NCBI GenBank assembly: GCA_001599295.1 | Contig: BCGN01000007.1 | Location: 508,433-572,432, forward strand | Origin: Sporopachydermia quercuum | Lineage: Eukaryota | Direction: 5' to 3' | DNA length: 64,000 nt | In this document: one piece after another, positions 60,833 to 64,000 of the stretch | Position numbering within the stretch: the stretch's first letter is position 1 | How the letters are laid out: every line of letters begins with the position of its first letter | Notes under the pieces: model-generated | Seen by the model: only the letters and a program-made list of their open reading frames with translations | What the model was told of the DNA's origin: nothing | The model's database searches: none | Program-made: the position numbers and the translations under genes

Positions 60833-63694
60833 CTACCAATGTCTGACTGACACTATATGCTGCTCAACAGCTAGTAGCATTTTCCGAAGCTCATGTCGTG
60901 ATATATTCTCCTTAACAACTATCAGTTCAATAGGGTGTCTACCATCCATATATTTCATTAACCTTCTAAACAGCGCTGTCATCTCCGGTGGCTGTCCTTC
61001 CAGACATTGGCTGATCCATCGTCGTTCTAGTGCTGTAGCTCGCTCAGGGTCTTTCAGTATCGAATCGTCATTATCCTCCAAATAGTAGGTAACTTCCAAA
61101 GGTTTTGTTTCCCGCTTACTATCACCATTGTTGTTATTTCTCCCTTGCCCATTGTTATTGTTATTACTACCACTACTACTATCATTGCCGTTACCAGCCA
61201 ATAAGGAACCTTTCTTAAGCCCTTTCGATAGCTCAGACTGTCGTCTGGGCTCTACTTTAGATGAATTGTCTGTACTGGTGTCTGTATTGATTTTCTTTTC
61301 CTTCTTCTTGCTGTTAGTCTTTGCCATTGCTTCTAATTCCCGTTTTTCCTCTACTGCCATCTTAATGGCCTTGGATATCTTTATCCAGAGAAACGTTTGC
61401 AACTGCGTAATGTAACCGTATCTAAGCAACCATTTAGTAGCTTCTATATAAATATCACGATGATCTCTGCTAGGGATGATAGATAGTAACTGTCTAGGTT
61501 TAGAAGAAGACAATAGGGATAGAAAAGCTGATAAAGCAGGCAAAGACGGAAATTGAGCTCTGAATATATAGCTGTGCTGTGTCAGATTGACTATAGGTGC
61601 CATGGGAGATACAATGTATACGTTTCTAGTATGAATAGGAAGAATGGCTCTTGCTCTACGCCAGTAGATCAAATGATAAGCAAACGATTGAATTTGATTA
61701 AGATCCAGTCCGCTTTTCAATGATAGTTTGAGCAAGCTTTCTGTAGGATCAATGCTCCTTATGAAATTAGCAATCAATCCATCTCTTTCTGTTTGGATAT
61801 CTTCAATAATCTGTTCAGGCTTGTCTAGAAGCAAAATAGCACAGTATTTCATAATACTGTCGTCGAGATCTTCCTCTCCATTGCTAACAGCTGCTGCCAG
61901 GGACAAAAATGACCCGGGGATCGTTTGAGCCATCAACGATTGAGACATAGGCAAGGACGTGAACTCAGTCAAAATAGGAATCTGGAACGATCGTATTTTG
62001 TTGTTGATGCTTACTGTAGCAATAGACGAACGAGCTATTGATTCATATATCTGGCTTAAAGCAAATGCTAATGACGATTCCTTGAGAATCAATGCCCATA
62101 GCTCATGAATGCTATTATTGTTTTTCCGAGTTTCCTTCTCTTGATCTTCCCGCAGTTTCATGATTTTCCAGGCTTCATTCCATACATAATTTGATTTATG
62201 TTGTTCTGCCCGTAATAAAAGACTTAGTCTGGACGCAATATAATGGTACATTTCATCTGTCCTGTATTTATATTCAACTGTTGGAGGATTCATGACAAAT
62301 GTCACATTGAACATAGTCATAGGACATTCATTCGATTGGGAGTGTGACTTCTCTCGATGTCTATGCTTATGATGTTTATGTTGTTTATGCTGTTTATTTT
62401 GTTTATTCTCTTTGTTTTCCATACGTTCAGATAAATGTAATTCATCAAACAGAATTTCGTCAGGATGAGCTTGAGAACCATTCTCACTACTATTAGGTTT
62501 GCCACGATCATCTGTTTGACCTTGTAGCTGTCGTTGGGGATTCCTTTTCTCAGCTTCCTCATCTTCTTTAGAATTNTTTTCCGAGCCAACTCCATACTTC
62601 TCTCTATGGCTGTCTCTGTCTAAAGAATGTTTATCTGACAAATGAGACGTATACTTTGGCCGTTTTGCCCTCCATGCACCATTAGGAAGAATATGTATAG
62701 GCAATCCCAGGAATGACACATCATCAATGGTAAGCTCAAAGCGTGAATTACACATTCCTCGTCCTGGGGAGATTATTTCCGAGATAAAGTCGCCTGAGAA
62801 GCCAAACATTGTGTTTCCTATACCTTTATCATTAATAGAGCTGTGCTTTGTCGGGTGAGCTGAAGAATGGTCGTCCAGGTCGCCAAAAAGAGAAGAAGCT
62901 TTAGGGTTAGTGGAGTTGGCGATGATGACTGCTGTATTGGAAGAAGCGCCTGTACTTCCCAGCGCAGTATTCGATGTAGTAGCACTGATATTGGTATTGG
63001 CATTAGTGCTAGCGTTGGCCCCAGTAGCACTGCTAGCGGTATCATTGCCAGTGGCTATACTTGCTCCATTACTACTGTTTACTCCANTTGCTTGATTTTC
63101 TGCTGCAGCTACTGAATTATGATGCGATGTAGTACTGCTAGCTACATTTCCAGTACTATCGGCAGCATCTTGGTTGAAATTATCAAATATATGCTTCAAA
63201 AGCTTCTTCCTTCTTTTCTCTCGTTTTTCACGTCTTCTATCCTGTTTGTCTAGAATGTCCAAAAGCACTTTCCCACTGCTATAACCTCCAATAAATCCTA
63301 TAGCTTTATAGTTATCCATTGAATTTATATTGCTATTGCTGTTATTACTGCTATTCCTATGACTAGAAAATGAGCCATTGCTACTGAAATCAGTCTCATC
63401 TTTATATAAATCATCATATAAGATATCGTCTTCTTCTTCTTTCCTGTATAGAGGATCGTATTCATAATCATCATCATCATATCCATCAGGCTCAGCATCA
63501 GGATCAGCTTCGTCATCATCAGAAGATGATTCTGAGGAATATATTAGATTGGTATCTTCTAAAGAGGTGGGAGTAGCTTGGAATCCATAGGATTTAGGAT
63601 TCGGAGGATAATGGAAAACAAGCTGGGGTCCATTATGGGTGCATACCGTGAATATGATACCCAATAAGCAAGGATTCGGTATGTAGAGGCTCAT
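60833..63694 (-). CDS. NPR3: SEACIT/GATOR1 subunit Npr3 (first ATG 63694, 953 aa)
   Basis: PNPCLLG...THNGPQLVFHYPP, RFELTIDDVSFLGLPIH, EQHKSNYVW, HLIYWRRAR, YIVSPMAP, C-terminal VRHW. Confidence 0.93.
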   Translation of the reverse strand: MSLYIPNPCLLGIIFTVCTHNGPQLVFHYPPNPKSYGFQATPTSLEDTNLIYSSESSSDDDEADPDAEPDGYDDDDYEYDPLYRKEEEDDILYDDLYKDETDFSSNGSFSSHRNSSNNSNSNINSMDNYKAIGFIGGYSSGKVLLDILDKQDRRREKREKRRKKLLKHIFDNFNQDAADSTGNVASSTTSHHNSVAAAENQAXGVNSSNGASIATGNDTASSATGANASTNANTNISATTSNTALGSTGASSNTAVIIANSTNPKASSLFGDLDDHSSAHPTKHSSINDKGIGNTMFGFSGDFISEIISPGRGMCNSRFELTIDDVSFLGLPIHILPNGAWRAKRPKYTSHLSDKHSLDRDSHREKYGVGSEXNSKEDEEAEKRNPQRQLQGQTDDRGKPNSSENGSQAHPDEILFDELHLSERMENKENKQNKQHKQHKHHKHRHREKSHSQSNECPMTMFNVTFVMNPPTVEYKYRTDEMYHYIASRLSLLLRAEQHKSNYVWNEAWKIMKLREDQEKETRKNNNSIHELWALILKESSLAFALSQIYESIARSSIATVSINNKIRSFQIPILTEFTSLPMSQSLMAQTIPGSFLSLAAAVSNGEEDLDDSIMKYCAILLLDKPEQIIEDIQTERDGLIANFIRSIDPTESLLKLSLKSGLDLNQIQSFAYHLIYWRRARAILPIHTRNVYIVSPMAPIVNLTQHSYIFRAQFPSLPALSAFLSLLSSSKPRQLLSIIPSRDHRDIYIEATKWLLRYGYITQLQTFLWIKISKAIKMAVEEKRELEAMAKTNSKKKEKKINTDTSTDNSSKVEPRRQSELSKGLKKGSLLAGNGNDSSSGSNNNNNGQGRNNNNGDSKRETKPLEVTYYLEDNDDSILKDPERATALERRWISQCLEGQPPEMTALFRRLMKYMDGRHPIELIVVKENISRHELRKMLLAVEQHIVSVRHW

Positions 63695-64000
63695 ATTTAT
63701 GAGTGTAGCACGTATGCTATTTAGATGCACCGTCGAGTGTATGACGACTGTGATTGATACAATCGGATATAGGAAGGGAGAAGGACTGATGGAGTAGCCA
63801 CTAAATATGCTGGCCTGTTGGGAAATAATGATCAATTTTGATAGGTTGATAGGAGTAAGCGGAAAGGAATAAGGCTTGTTGATGGAAGATTGAAACGAGA
63901 ATTTGGTAGGGAAATAAAGGATTCTGTGTTGATAATTGTAGCAGAGTAGAACAAAAATGAAAAACTAGAAGTTTGGGGAGACAAACTGAGTTCAAAAATT

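Overview
AT-rich, unusually intron-rich budding-yeast (Saccharomycotina) chromosomal segment, read with the standard code (CTG falls at conserved Leu positions). I count 21 protein-coding genes and one tRNA-Val(AAC): TRP5 (3' end outside the window), ZTA1, RAD10, GIM5, a PES4/MIP6-like RRM gene, a divergent Mep/Amt permease, YSC84/LSB3, YSC83-like, ARG4, molybdopterin synthase catalytic subunit, CPR7, two tandem NDUFAF6-family genes, ATH1, RPS26, UTR2/CRH2, COP1, JHD1, RSM18, PKP1 and NPR3. Several are missed or truncated by the ORF track because of introns; I rebuilt 17 coding introns by hand, including 7-nt and 23-nt micro-exons, plus two probable 5'-UTR introns. No transposon or CRISPR was seen. 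Best leads: a strongly diverged tandem NDUFAF6 paralog with an intron; a Mep/Amt with substitutions at many conserved positions behind a 4.4-kb promoter; frequent AAG splice acceptors that follow a distance rule; a TGA-CTA readthrough context and a duplicated promoter at ZTA1; and an oriented AACCTTA element about 250-275 nt upstream of four genes. All identifications are by-eye motif recognition; no database searches were run.
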